This document shows, in pieces, positions 1 through 10,327 of a stretch of 64,000 bases of DNA. Each line of letters begins with the position of its first letter. Position 1 is the stretch's first letter. The DNA lies in assembly GCA_963697965.1 (NCBI GenBank), contig OY969108.1, positions 34,455-98,454 of the forward strand, given 5' to 3'. The position numbers and the translations under genes were made by a program. The stretch comes from an uncultured delta proteobacterium (lineage in GTDB: Bacteria > Desulfobacterota > Desulfobaccia > Desulfobaccales > 0-14-0-80-60-11). Under the pieces are notes generated by a model. The model saw only the letters and a program-made list of their open reading frames with translations, did not search any database and had not been told where the DNA came from.

Positions 1-1
1 T

Positions 2-685
2 TTGGTCCTATTTCGAGAAAGCTGTTTAAACGTCACAAAACATGACTTGAGAGATGATTTTAGTAAAATACTTGCTATAGAAGTTAAGAAACTTGAGAGA
101 ACATCTCAGGGTGGTGTTGCAAGGGCTTCGGGATTAGATTACAACACAACACCGCCATGTGGAATTGTTCGCGTATACGACTCAATTAAACATATTATTG
201 ATATTCGAGGTTTTTACCTTTTTGTTTGCTTAGAATCATACAAAGATGATCTATCAAAGGTCTTCTTGAGCGCCTTGGCTCTTGTTGATGGCAACCTTTT
301 AAATACAGATTTCACCCTTTATCTTAATATAGTTGGTGAGCGTCAGAAACGAATAGGTTTAGGAAGCTATGCAGATGGGGCCGACAGAGCGCGTCCTATG
401 TTAATATTTGCCAACCCACTTGGGGCTAAAGCATTAGATCATAATATTTCGCTGATTCATCCTTCTGCGAGCCTTGAAGATTCAAGACTTCGGTTAGTTT
501 ACGAAATCGAAAGATACTTGCCTGACGCAAAATCTAAAAATAGATTTTACTGCTATCGATTGTCCTCTGATGTTCCCCAAAAATGGCAGGTCTCTTCTTT
601 AAAAGACCCCTTCCCTATGCCTTCTAGAGATTCACGAACTCGTCCTCGCGGGCGATTTAAGCTTCCATTTAAGGTTCTTGGTTAA
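2..685 (+). CDS. 5'-truncated hypothetical protein, putative restriction endonuclease (PD-(D/E)xK-like)
   Basis: ORF runs off the window edge. It is AT-rich, has an IEVKK (ExK) motif and is convergent with a DNA methyltransferase gene. Confidence 0.45.
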   Translation: MVLFRESCLNVTKHDLRDDFSKILAIEVKKLERTSQGGVARASGLDYNTTPPCGIVRVYDSIKHIIDIRGFYLFVCLESYKDDLSKVFLSALALVDGNLLNTDFTLYLNIVGERQKRIGLGSYADGADRARPMLIFANPLGAKALDHNISLIHPSASLEDSRLRLVYEIERYLPDAKSKNRFYCYRLSSDVPQKWQVSSLKDPFPMPSRDSRTRPRGRFKLPFKVLG

Positions 686-695
686 GCGAATGATA

Positions 696-2900
696 TTAAA
701 AAAGATAAGGCTTGGGTGGGACCAAATTGGTTATTTTCGTTTCTTGAAGATCCCATAATAAATCAATTTTAAACTTATTTTGTAAAAAGATATCTTTTAA
801 TTCTTCATTAATATCATTCTCATATCTCCCGGCTGAAAATTCCACCAATAATTGACTAAATAATACAACACGTACATCACTTCTAGAAAGAAGTCTTCCT
901 AATGAATTAAACCGTGATATCTTTGATGCTGCTAATTTTTCAGAATTATATATTGCTTCTCTCGTCGAAAGTTTTGGCCTTTTATCTTTATTCTGTTTAC
1001 GACATACAAATAGAACATCAATATCAATTGGTTCTTTTGCCTGACTCTTCGGTGCAGCCACCGACATCTCTGATTTTACTGGCTGACTTTGGATAAAAGA
1101 AAACCCCGCTCCTACCAGAGCACTTGCAAGTGAAATCCATCCATCTTCTCGAGAATGATGGTAACTAAATACTAATAGACCATCATCTTGTAGAACCCTA
1201 TAACTTTCCTGAAATACCTGTTTAAGTTTTCTGGAAAATGATTCAGGTTCCACATCTTGCACTTCTTCTTTTCGTCTTGTGGTGCAGGCTTCAGAGAATC
1301 CATCTCCATTAAAATACAACTCTTGCCAGACATAAAAAAAGTCGGCAAGCTCTGAATAATGAACGTTGTCAAAAAATGGGGGGTCTGTCACTACCAAATT
1401 TACACTACTATCAGGAAGATCCATATGCGACGAGTCCCCGCAAGATAGATAAATCCTCCCTTTCTTTACTTTCATTTCCTCAAAAGAGTTGGCTATATAA
1501 GTTCCAATCGGTTGACTAATTCCAAATACCTTCCTTCCCTTCTTATGTTCGCCATTATTTTCGACGGCAACCTCAAACGGTGCGTCCCTATAATCAAGAG
1601 CACGTAAAAGTCTTGAGCGAAATAGCGTAGAGAAAGAACCCGAACTCTTTGGTGTGCCCCAAACATTAGCCTCTATTGGCGTTCTTTCAGGTTTCAAAAT
1701 GTGATGCGAGAACATGTGCCTCACAGCACCTGTACCCTCACCTTTAAAAGAAGCAAACATATTATTAAACTCAAGTGTTCCTGAAAATAAAGTACTAAAT
1801 GCATGCCGACTTTCATTATCAGGCAATTGCTGTATTGCCTTGGCTAAGAGTGTTAAAGCAAGAAGTTGACGTTCATTGAAAAGTTCATGCCAATAATTAT
1901 AGCCATAATTAAGGATTTGATTAGTATTATATCCGGGTGTTATACGAGCGCGAGGCAACGGAGGGTCTAAGGATATCAGTTTTTTTGCAGCATGCCGATA
2001 GGCACCTATATCCTCTTTAGTAATTTCAAGATATTCTTTATTACCGTCATTACGCAATATCATTTTAGCAAACATTCTGTGTGATGGGGGATGACCGACT
2101 TTTCGTATTGTTTTTGCAATCGGAAATTCATTTTTGCAAGATTTACAAATGGCAGTTATCCGTTTGCCCCATCCCTTTGATGGATTAAAATGCAAATTGC
2201 ATTTATCACACTTAGCTGCATTCGAATTATAAATAACTTTGATAATGGATGAACAATCCGGACAAACGGCATGTGCAGAAGGGTTAAGCTTAGCGTATGC
2301 ATGTTTTGAAAAAATAAATGATGAAAATAAATCTACCTGGTCATTACAGGCTGGACAATTAATAACTTTTACCCAATAATAATAAAGTACATCGCATATA
2401 TTCCCATTACTATCCTTACTTTTATAAAGAGATCGAATATCGTGGCCAACTATTTCATCAATCGAATGATAAGCCTCTATAATATTTGTACGAGACATTG
2501 GTCCCATAGCAGTTTTTACTGCACGATATGCGACTGGATTAATATCCCGGCCAATGACTGTGCAGCCTAGCTTATAGGCTTCTCCTATTGTAGTACCGCT
2601 GCCCATAAAAGGGTCAAATACTACTAAATCGGAAAGCTTGATAGGCTGGTAAAAAAGGTCGATAAGCGACGTCCCCTTAGGGAATGCGGAACCAAGAATT
2701 GCGGCACGAAAAACTGATCCAAGTCTTTGAGCCCACCATTTATGGATGTGGTAAATTGGTCTATAAATTTCCTTTCGCCAGCTTTCAACTTCGGCTATTT
2801 GGCTGATAGTTTCAAACGGAAATCCATCTTCGATAACTTTTGGAAAAACAGCATCTTCTGAATTTTCTTTTTTTAATGTATTTGTGCCGATGGTATTCAT
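696..2900 (-). CDS. Adenine-specific DNA methyltransferase with Zn-ribbon insert (DUF1156/COG1743-like)
   Basis: N-terminal HKWWAQRL, SAM-binding FDPFMGSGT, catalytic DPPF and four CxxC pairs (CPAC, CPDC, CDKC, CKSC). Confidence 0.85.
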   Translation of the reverse strand: MNTIGTNTLKKENSEDAVFPKVIEDGFPFETISQIAEVESWRKEIYRPIYHIHKWWAQRLGSVFRAAILGSAFPKGTSLIDLFYQPIKLSDLVVFDPFMGSGTTIGEAYKLGCTVIGRDINPVAYRAVKTAMGPMSRTNIIEAYHSIDEIVGHDIRSLYKSKDSNGNICDVLYYYWVKVINCPACNDQVDLFSSFIFSKHAYAKLNPSAHAVCPDCSSIIKVIYNSNAAKCDKCNLHFNPSKGWGKRITAICKSCKNEFPIAKTIRKVGHPPSHRMFAKMILRNDGNKEYLEITKEDIGAYRHAAKKLISLDPPLPRARITPGYNTNQILNYGYNYWHELFNERQLLALTLLAKAIQQLPDNESRHAFSTLFSGTLEFNNMFASFKGEGTGAVRHMFSHHILKPERTPIEANVWGTPKSSGSFSTLFRSRLLRALDYRDAPFEVAVENNGEHKKGRKVFGISQPIGTYIANSFEEMKVKKGRIYLSCGDSSHMDLPDSSVNLVVTDPPFFDNVHYSELADFFYVWQELYFNGDGFSEACTTRRKEEVQDVEPESFSRKLKQVFQESYRVLQDDGLLVFSYHHSREDGWISLASALVGAGFSFIQSQPVKSEMSVAAPKSQAKEPIDIDVLFVCRKQNKDKRPKLSTREAIYNSEKLAASKISRFNSLGRLLSRSDVRVVLFSQLLVEFSAGRYENDINEELKDIFLQNKFKIDLLWDLQETKITNLVPPKPYLF

Positions 2901-3128
2901 TTTCTTGCTCTATTTCTTGATGCGCTAGTATTCGGAATCCCGGCTAGTTTTCTTGAGCAATTTTTGCAGAAAAATTAATTAATCTCAAGCTCACTTGGCT
3001 TATTTTAGAATTTCTAAAGGCTGAATTCGAGTTATTTTTGCGTCTTGGAGGCCTATGTCGGTTTTTTTTTGAAAAAAGACATTTTGGTATGATATTAGTA
3101 GCTAAATGCAGGGGGGCATGGAGGAAAC

Positions 3129-4595
3129 GTGAGACCCGAACAATTCCCCGACGATATCCGGCCCTTTCTGATACCGAAGCCGGAAGGCGATCTGGTCTAT
3201 CGCTGTCTCGAATGCGGGGCGGAGTACGACATCAGCCGCCTCCTCTACACCTGCCCCAAGTGCCGGGGACTCTTCCTCCTGGAGGATAAGGCCGCCGGCC
3301 GCCTCAGAGAGCACCCCCCGGCTTTTTGGCGCCGGCTGTTCGACTACCGCAAGATGCTCAACCTGCCGGCCCTGAAAGGGGTCTTCCTCTTTTACGAACT
3401 GATTGCCCCGGTCATCCCCCTTGAGGACCTCATCTACCTGGGGGAGGGCCATACCCCGCAGGTGGCGGCCAATGAGGCGCTCCGGGAAGAAGTGGGCGGG
3501 GCCTTCTATTATAAAAACGACGGCCAGAACCCCAGCGCCTCTTTTAAGGACCGGGGCATGGCCGCGGCCTTGAGCTACCTCAACTTCCTGGCGCGCCAGC
3601 CCGGGGCCGGAAAAATCCTGGCCATCTGCGCCTCCACCGGCGACACCTCGGCGGCCGCCGCCCTGTACGCGGCTTACCTGGGAAGCCGGGTGGCCTCCGC
3701 GGTGCTCCTGCCCCACGGCAAGGTCACCCCCCAGCAACTGGCCCAGCCCCTGGGCCACGGCGCCAGGGTCTTGGAGATCCCCGGGGTCTTCGACGACTGC
3801 ATGAAGGTGGTGGAGTCCCTGGCGGACCACTACCAGGTGGCCCTGCTCAACTCCAAGAACGCCTGGCGCATCCGGGGCCAGGAGTCATTCGCCTACGAGA
3901 TCGCCCAGGGATTCGACTATGAGCTGGCCGGCAAGGTCGTGGTGGTGCCCATCGGCAACGCCGGCAACATCACCGCCATCATGCAAGGCTTCCTGCGCCT
4001 CCACGGCCTCAAGATCATCGAGACCCTGCCCCGGATCATCGGGGTCCAGTCCCGCCACGCCGACCCGGTGTTCCGCTATTACCTGCAGCCGGACCAGGCG
4101 AAACGGGTCTTCAAACCGGTGGCCGTGCAGCCCAGCGTGGCCCAGGCGGCCATGATCGGCAACCCGGTCTCCATGCCCCGGGTCATCCGCCTGGTGGAGG
4201 AATACCACAGCATTGCCGGCGAGGGCTCGGTGGCCGTGGTCCAGGTGAGCGAACAGGAGATCATGGACTCCATGCTGCTGGCCAACCGCCACGGCCACAT
4301 CGCCTGCACCCAGGGGGGCGAATCCCTGGCCGGTTTCCGGGCCGCCTTGAAAGAGAGGCTGGTGGACGCCAGGGAGACCGCGGTGCTGGACGCCACCGCC
4401 CACCATCTGAAGTTCATCGGTTTCCAGCAGATGTACTTCGAGGACTCCTTTCCGCCGGAGTTCGAAGTGACCCCCAAGGCCGAGTACCAGAACCGGCCGC
4501 AGTTGCTGACCCCCGGGACCGATGACCCGGCGCAGCAGACTGCCGACTTGGCGGGGCAAATCGCCGCCCTGCTGGAATTGACCCCGAAGGACTAG
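3129..4595 (+). CDS. thrC: Threonine synthase
   Basis: PLP motif NPSASFKDRG, plus ASTGDTS and PIGNAGN; N-terminal CxxC..CxxC ribbon. Confidence 0.93.
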   Translation: MRPEQFPDDIRPFLIPKPEGDLVYRCLECGAEYDISRLLYTCPKCRGLFLLEDKAAGRLREHPPAFWRRLFDYRKMLNLPALKGVFLFYELIAPVIPLEDLIYLGEGHTPQVAANEALREEVGGAFYYKNDGQNPSASFKDRGMAAALSYLNFLARQPGAGKILAICASTGDTSAAAALYAAYLGSRVASAVLLPHGKVTPQQLAQPLGHGARVLEIPGVFDDCMKVVESLADHYQVALLNSKNAWRIRGQESFAYEIAQGFDYELAGKVVVVPIGNAGNITAIMQGFLRLHGLKIIETLPRIIGVQSRHADPVFRYYLQPDQAKRVFKPVAVQPSVAQAAMIGNPVSMPRVIRLVEEYHSIAGEGSVAVVQVSEQEIMDSMLLANRHGHIACTQGGESLAGFRAALKERLVDARETAVLDATAHHLKFIGFQQMYFEDSFPPEFEVTPKAEYQNRPQLLTPGTDDPAQQTADLAGQIAALLELTPKD

Positions 4596-4651
4596 TGTCG
4601 TGTCTCAGATGTATCTTAATTAAATAATTCCATTATCCATGGGCATTTAAA

Positions 4652-4721
4652 ATGTAGTCGCAAGCTTTAGCTTGCGAAATAATTAGGAAAAATGAGCGCA
4701 GGCTAAAACCTGCGGCTACAT
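4652..4721. repeat. REP-like inverted pair (GTAGCCGCAGGCTTTAGCCTGCG family)
   Basis: ATGTAGTCGCAAGCTTTAGCTTGCG ... CGCAGGCTAAAACCTGCGGCTACAT; a related copy lies near 61089. Confidence 0.7.
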
Positions 4722-4799
4722 AAACGCCTGATATTTTGTTAAGATTTTCCTTAGACATGATGCTATCGTAATCAAAAAACCCTAAGTTCCCAGGGTATT

Positions 4800-4885
4800 A
4801 AAGTCCCACTTTGGAAAAGGGGGATTTAGGGGGATTTCAGGAAGTTATTTAAATCCCCCCTGCCCCCCTGTATCAAAGGGGAACA
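4800..4885. repeat. Palindromic intergenic repeat (TCCCCCTAAATCCCC..AAAGGGGG family)
   Basis: Related copies near 9005-9091, 12265-12320 and 14298-14362. Confidence 0.7.
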
Positions 4886-4995
4886 AGAAAGCGTAGTTTG
4901 AAATATCATAGCGATTACGAAGCATCACACTAGCGAGGTTGCTTCCCCGGGCCCCGGTCTTATCTTTTCTTCAGACCCGGAATGGAGGAGGGGAG

Positions 4996-5427
4996 ATGAG
5001 GAAGGCAAGATTATGGCTGCTGCTGATGGCGGTCAGCCTGATGCTGGCGCCGGCCTGTTCAGGTGGCCTCGGCCAGGCCCTCGGCCAGGAGGCTTATTCG
5101 CAGGCCCCGCGTCTGGACCCCGAAACCCTAAAAAGCTGGCTCTCCGACCCCCAGGTGCTCATCCTGGATGTGAGGCAGGGGCAGGATTGGCTAAGCAGCG
5201 ATAAAAAAATCGAGGGTGCGGTGCGCGAGGACCCCCATGATGTCAAAACCTGGGCCGCGAATCTGCCTAAAGAGAAAAAAATCGTCCTTTACTGCTCCTG
5301 ACCTGACGAGGGCACCAGCGCCCGGGTGGCGCAGCAATTGCTGGAAATGGGCTTCCCCCAGGTTTGGGCTCTGAAAGGAGGCTGGCGGGAATGGGAGAGG
5401 AAGGGCTACCCCACGGACTCGAAATGA
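4996..5427 (+). CDS. Rhodanese-like lipoprotein, probable selenoprotein (Sec at TGA 5299-5301)
   Basis: The frame continues past TGA as YCS-U-PDEGTSARVAQQLLEMGFPQVWALKGGWREW..TDSK, completing the rhodanese fold. A hairpin GCGCC-CGGGT-GGCGC lies at 5318-5332. The signal peptide has a lipobox-like LAPAC. Confidence 0.85.
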
Positions 5428-5530
5428 TAACCATAATTCTTTAGTGGCTAGTCGTCTAGGGCGGGCTGTGCCCGCCGAATTTTGGCGGCCACAGGCCGCC
5501 CTATGACTGCTGCAGAAAGAAAGGCATTGA

Positions 5531-6007
5531 ATGAATGAACCTGAACAGACGCCCATCACCGGGCAAGAAGACCGCAAGGGCCTGACGGCTCCTATCCGGG
5601 CCTTATCCGAGTTTTATGAGGCCTTCAACAGTCGCGACCTGGAGAAGATGGCCGCGAATTGGGCGGCTACTGACGACATCATCGTCATGGCTAACCCGGT
5701 CGGCGGCATCAAGCGCGGTTGGGAGGAAATCAGGGCGGTTTATCAAGGTATCTTTAGCTCGCCGGCGCAAGTCTGGGTAGAGTTCCACGACTATACCCTG
5801 CATCAGGCGCCGGAGATTTTTTACGCCGTAGGCCGGGAGCGCGGTGAGTTTCGCCGGGGCGACACAATCCTCAAACTGGCCATTCGCACCACTCGCCTCT
5901 ATCGACTACTGGCCGGACACTGGCGCCAGGTGCATCACCACGGCTCCTTCGACGGCCCGGAATTACTGGCCCGCTACCAGGAAGCCGTCAGAACGGCTAA
6001 AAGATGA
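5531..6007 (+). CDS. SnoaL/NTF2-like (DUF4440-type) protein
   Basis: FYEAFNSRDLEKM..W at the N-terminus and WRQVHHHGS at the C-terminus. Confidence 0.8.
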   Translation: MNEPEQTPITGQEDRKGLTAPIRALSEFYEAFNSRDLEKMAANWAATDDIIVMANPVGGIKRGWEEIRAVYQGIFSSPAQVWVEFHDYTLHQAPEIFYAVGRERGEFRRGDTILKLAIRTTRLYRLLAGHWRQVHHHGSFDGPELLARYQEAVRTAKR

Positions 6008-6160
6008 TCTACACCTCCCAAAAAGGCAAAACTTTCGACCTGGAGAAGGATTTTTCCTCTTAGAATCGATTCCAACCTTCAGGAACGATGTAAGGGGTAT
6101 TGACCAATTTATAAGCATTCAATTAATCAGCCAAACTATCTTTAAGAGGCCGGCCAACGC

Positions 6161-6628
6161 ATGACTGCTTCAGATCAAAACGCCGCCACCAGCGCCCCGG
6201 CGCCGACCCCCCTGGCCGACGACTACTGCTTCGTCTGCGGCAAAAACAACCCCAGAGGCTTTAAGATCACAGTGCGCTATTCGGAGGCGGACCTGGCGGC
6301 GGAGACCGAACTGGCCATCCCCAGGGAGTACCAAGGCTGGGCCCAGGTGATCCACGGCGGCATCCTCTCCACCCTGCTGGATGAACTGATGGCCCACGCG
6401 GTGTGGCGCTTCGCCGGGCCCGGTCTCACCCTGGGCATGGAGGTGCGCTTTCACCAACCCCTGAAACCCGGGGAGCCTATCCGGGTGCGGGGGGTGCTCC
6501 ACACCAAGAACGGCAGCCGCCGCCAGGCCGAAGGGGAGATCATCCGCATCGCCGACGGCAGCCGCATCGCCTCGGGCAAGAGCCGCTTTCTCCTCCTGCC
6601 GGGAAACGGCCCGGAACCGGAACCCTGA
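6161..6628 (+). CDS. PaaI-family hotdog thioesterase
   Basis: CFVCGKNNPRG and HGGILSTLLDE motifs. Confidence 0.88.
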   Translation: MTASDQNAATSAPAPTPLADDYCFVCGKNNPRGFKITVRYSEADLAAETELAIPREYQGWAQVIHGGILSTLLDELMAHAVWRFAGPGLTLGMEVRFHQPLKPGEPIRVRGVLHTKNGSRRQAEGEIIRIADGSRIASGKSRFLLLPGNGPEPEP

Positions 6629-6721
6629 GTCCGTTTATTATCGAGGCGTATTCTGCATGATGGCAGCCACTGGCCCCTTCATAATCCGTTTTCCCCGAGT
6701 TTCCCCGGCAATACCATTTCC

Positions 6722-7387
6722 TCATTCAATCCACTGCACCAGCTTCTCCAGCGGCTCCCTTTGGGTGCGGTAGGCGTTGGCCGGGGCCTGGGCATCGGGG
6801 TAGCCCAGGGCGATGCCCACCACGATCTTGTGGGTCGGGGCGAGGCCCAGGTGGTGCCGGATAATGTCCGGGTACCTGGCTATCTGGGCGCTGATGCAGG
6901 TGCCCAGGCCCAGGTCATGGGCCGCCAGGGCGATGGCATGGGTGATGGCCCCCAGGTCGAACATGGTGTAAGGCTCGCCCAGTTCCACATTGAAAATCAC
7001 ATAGATGATCACCGGCGCCCCGAAGGCCCGGGACATGTTAGCCAGGTGGGCCAGGCGGCAGACCTTGTCGTCCCGGGCAACCCCCATCTTGTCGAACAGC
7101 CCGGCCGCGCAAGCCATATAGCGGTCCTTGTAGGCATCCGGGAAGCTTTCCGGCATAGCCACGTCGGGGTTCGCCACCACCCTTTGCTCTAAAGCCGCCG
7201 CCATCTCCGAGGTCAGTTCCCGGACCTTATCGCCCTGCACCACCACCAGCTCCCAGGGCTGCGTATTCCCCCAGGAGGGGCTCCAGCGGGCCGCCTCGAG
7301 GATGCGGGTGATGAGCTCCCGGGGTACGGCCTCGTGCTTAAAGGCTCGGATGCTCTTTCTGGTCTTCAGGGCTTCCAATAGTTCCAT
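6722..7387 (-). CDS. Nitroreductase family protein
   Basis: RKSIRAF, SPSWGNTQPW and GIALGYP motifs; start moved to the ATG after a GGAG RBS. Confidence 0.9.
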   Translation of the reverse strand: MELLEALKTRKSIRAFKHEAVPRELITRILEAARWSPSWGNTQPWELVVVQGDKVRELTSEMAAALEQRVVANPDVAMPESFPDAYKDRYMACAAGLFDKMGVARDDKVCRLAHLANMSRAFGAPVIIYVIFNVELGEPYTMFDLGAITHAIALAAHDLGLGTCISAQIARYPDIIRHHLGLAPTHKIVVGIALGYPDAQAPANAYRTQREPLEKLVQWIE

Positions 7388-7607
7388 GGACTCCTCCTTG
7401 TCTCTCCCGTTTTCTTGGGATATTAATAGAAATTTAAGGGTGGGGCTGTCAAATGATTTTTTTCGGAGATGCGGCTGGCTTGCCGGTGGTGGATGGTCCA
7501 CGGCCCTAACGCCGGTCATCGCCAGGGAGCGCCTGGCGGCTCCGATTTTGGGCCTCATCTACCGCAGTCTTAAAAAAAAGAATAAAAGGCGATAAAGGTG
7601 GTGACAA

Positions 7608-8561
7608 ATGACAGCGGCCCGGCTCGTGGCCTTCCCTTTGATTCTCCCCTGGCGGCAGGAGTTTTGGACCCTCCCCCTCTATTTCCCTGATCTCTGGGTG
7701 GGGGTGATCCCGGGGTGGCCGGCCCAACTGCCGTACCAGGGAATGGCCTTGCCTTTGGAGGCCCAGCCCCCCGCCCCCGGGCTCAAGCACGTTAAGCCCG
7801 GCGACTTCTTGCAGTGGCGGGCCTTTGAGGAGTATCGGCAAGCCCAGGAGGGTGAGGGCGATCTGCTGCGGGCCCTGCGCGATTACGGCCGGGCGGAGGC
7901 GCCGGAGAAAGATGTTTCCCCGGACCTCTGGGCTCTCGCCTGGCAGTTGGAAAAGCTCCAGGCCGACCAGGAGGCCCAATTGCAACTGGTGGACCAGGGC
8001 CAGGAATGGCTCAAGGAAGTCCTGACCCCGGAACCCTGGGAGCAGCCCACGGGCCTCGGCCCGGTTCCCGGGGTCCCGGAGATGGTGGACCCGGATTTGG
8101 CCAAGATACGTTACCGGCTCTGGCAGCGGGTTATGGGCCCCCAGTTGCAAGACCCCTGGGTTCCCTTTCTCCTGGGCCGCACCGCCCGTTCTCTGTTCCT
8201 CACTTTGCGCGGCTGGCCGGAGCAGGCCGAACCCGCAAAGGTGAGGCTCTCCCTGCCCGGCTGCCGCAGCCCCCAGGAATAGTTGGCGGTGCGCGGCCAG
8301 GGGGAGGCGCCCCCCTGGCAGGCTCCGTTCCAGGAACGGTTGGCAGGTTTGCTGGATGCCGCCGCCGCTCGAAAGGACCCTGAGGCGGCAGCCCGAGGTT
8401 TGGCCGAATTTGTGGCCGACCGGGTAGCGGCCTCCTGGCCGCTACCGGTAATCTGGGAGATGGAATTGGAAGTCTGGCTCCCGGAGTCTGGGAAGGATAA
8501 TTCGCGGCCGCCGGTGCTCTGCTGGTCCGGAGCCGGGGCCGCCGATGTCTTGCCGGGATAG
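7608..8561 (+). pseudogene. Hypothetical protein interrupted by an in-frame TAG (8280-8282)
   Basis: ORFs 7608-8282 and 8283-8561 are in the same frame and separated only by TAG. Confidence 0.55.
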
Positions 8562-8579
8562 GGGATTGTCAGCCGGCAG

Positions 8580-8834
8580 TCAATGGGCCGCTTTTTCCCC
8601 GGTCTCCGGCAGGAGGTCCGCCTCCGGGGTCTCCGTCAGGGCCGGCAAGGGCTTGGCGGCGATGATCTTGCCGGCGGCGATTTCCCGCAGGGCCATAACG
8701 ATCTCTTTATTGTCCCCCTTTACCAACACCGGGGCGCCCCGGTAGATCTGCTGCACCCGCTTGGCGGCCAGGTGGACCAGGCCGAACCGGGTGGGAACCC
8801 GCTGCAGGCAATCCTCAATGGTGACGCGCGCCAT
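8580..8834 (-). CDS. rpoZ: RNA polymerase omega subunit
   Basis: [29 protein letters not shown]; GGAGG RBS upstream. Confidence 0.95.
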   Translation of the reverse strand: MARVTIEDCLQRVPTRFGLVHLAAKRVQQIYRGAPVLVKGDNKEIVMALREIAAGKIIAAKPLPALTETPEADLLPETGEKAAH

Positions 8835-9150
8835 AATATCCCTCCTCCAAAATGCTGGATGAATTCGATCCAATCGGGGTCAGGCAGAACCGCCCCTATC
8901 CATGATAACACGAAAACCGGGGCGGCGCTATGATTTCCGGCGCCGCCGGAACCGGAACTAGCGGTCTGTTCCGCAATTGATTATCCATTTAAAAAGACTG
9001 ATTTTTACCCCCTTTGGAAAAGGGGGGTAGGGGGGATTTAGTATAACATCTTGAAATCCCCCTAAATACCCCTTTTTCAAAGGGGGACTTAACATGCCAA
9101 ATCCGGCCTTCCAGTCGTATATTATGTCAAGCTAATTATGAAACACTCCA

Positions 9151-9432
9151 CTAACTCCCGGGCCTTCCACCTTTCTCCCCGGCCAGGCGGACGAACTCCA
9201 GTTGGTCCCCCTCCTTGAGGACCAGGGAGGCGGACGCTTCCCGGCCATTGACCAGGGCCAGGGCCCGGGGGTCGATATTTAAAGGCTCCTTCAGGGCCTG
9301 GCGCACTTCCCCCACCGATTTGCCGGCGATGGCGGCCATAAGCACGTGCACTCCGTAGCTGATTTTCACCTGGCCGGTGGGGGCCGCAACCGGTGGTTGC
9401 CGGCGGGTCAGATCCGTTAACCGGGCGCTCAC
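9151..9432 (-). CDS. Ubiquitin-like (beta-grasp, MoaD/ThiS-like) protein
   Basis: GKSVGEVRQAL..ALVNG..LKEGDQLEFVRLAGEKGG followed by an RPGS tail. Confidence 0.75.
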   Translation of the reverse strand: MSARLTDLTRRQPPVAAPTGQVKISYGVHVLMAAIAGKSVGEVRQALKEPLNIDPRALALVNGREASASLVLKEGDQLEFVRLAGEKGGRPGS

Positions 9433-9552
9433 CGGGGTTCACCTTCCCCTTCTCAGGTGGTCTGCATCGTAATTTCCCCTGTGGGACCATGAAGGCAATT
9501 CATCTTTTTAGCCAATTCGCTCGTTTTGAGATCCAGAGGAAAGAAAACTTTA

Positions 9553-10302
9553 TTAAAAATACCGGGACAATTGCGGCAGGGAGGGGTCCACCTGCCGGCA
9601 TTCCCGGAGCAGGGCGTTCAGGTAAAGCCAGGCAAAACTGAGCAGCAATTCCGGGGCGTACTTGCGGGCGCCAACGCTGTCGAAGGCGAGGGCGGCGGAG
9701 CCTGCCATCCGGAAGCGGCAGGCCAGGTCCCCCAACAGGGGCCAGACCACCTGCCAGCCGCCGGCGACCCCGGCAAAGGTGCCGCAATCCATGCGCCGCA
9801 GCCCCACCTCCACCACCTCCGGGGAGAGCAGACGCAGCACTTCTTCCCGGGCTCCCAAGGAGGCGCCTTCAATGGGACCTGCCGCCGCCGCGAAATCGGA
9901 GAGAGCCAGCCAGTCCTTCCCGGGAGCGGCCGGCCGCAGCGCATATTCCCCCCGCCCGTAGCGGGCCAGCAGGGCCACCAGGTCCCAGGCGAAGACATAG
10001 GCGTCCTCGGTGGGCACCGCCAGGCTTTTCCGGGCATAAAAGAGACGTAAATCCGCGCCGAATTCCGGGTCCAGGTCGAAGAGCAGGTAGAGTTCCAGAG
10101 GACGGAAGGGCTTGAGCCGCAGCACCCACTCGATGCTGGTGTAGGGCTGGCCATGAACCACCTCTCCCCCCAGCAAACCGGCCAAGACCGCGGGGGCCAC
10201 TTTGGCCAGCCCCGCCAGGTCCCGCTGATACTTCTTTCTGACATACTGGCGAATCTGGGCCTCCCAGCCCCAGCCGGCCTCGAACTGCCCCAGAGATACC
10301 AA
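9553..10302 (-). CDS. DUF3786-like protein
   Basis: LKPFRPLELYLLFDLDPEFGADLRLFY..PTED resembles the DUF3786 core. Confidence 0.55.
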   Translation of the reverse strand: MVSLGQFEAGWGWEAQIRQYVRKKYQRDLAGLAKVAPAVLAGLLGGEVVHGQPYTSIEWVLRLKPFRPLELYLLFDLDPEFGADLRLFYARKSLAVPTEDAYVFAWDLVALLARYGRGEYALRPAAPGKDWLALSDFAAAAGPIEGASLGAREEVLRLLSPEVVEVGLRRMDCGTFAGVAGGWQVVWPLLGDLACRFRMAGSAALAFDSVGARKYAPELLLSFAWLYLNALLRECRQVDPSLPQLSRYF

Positions 10303-10327
10303 GTCATACGGGAAATCGAGATTTTTC

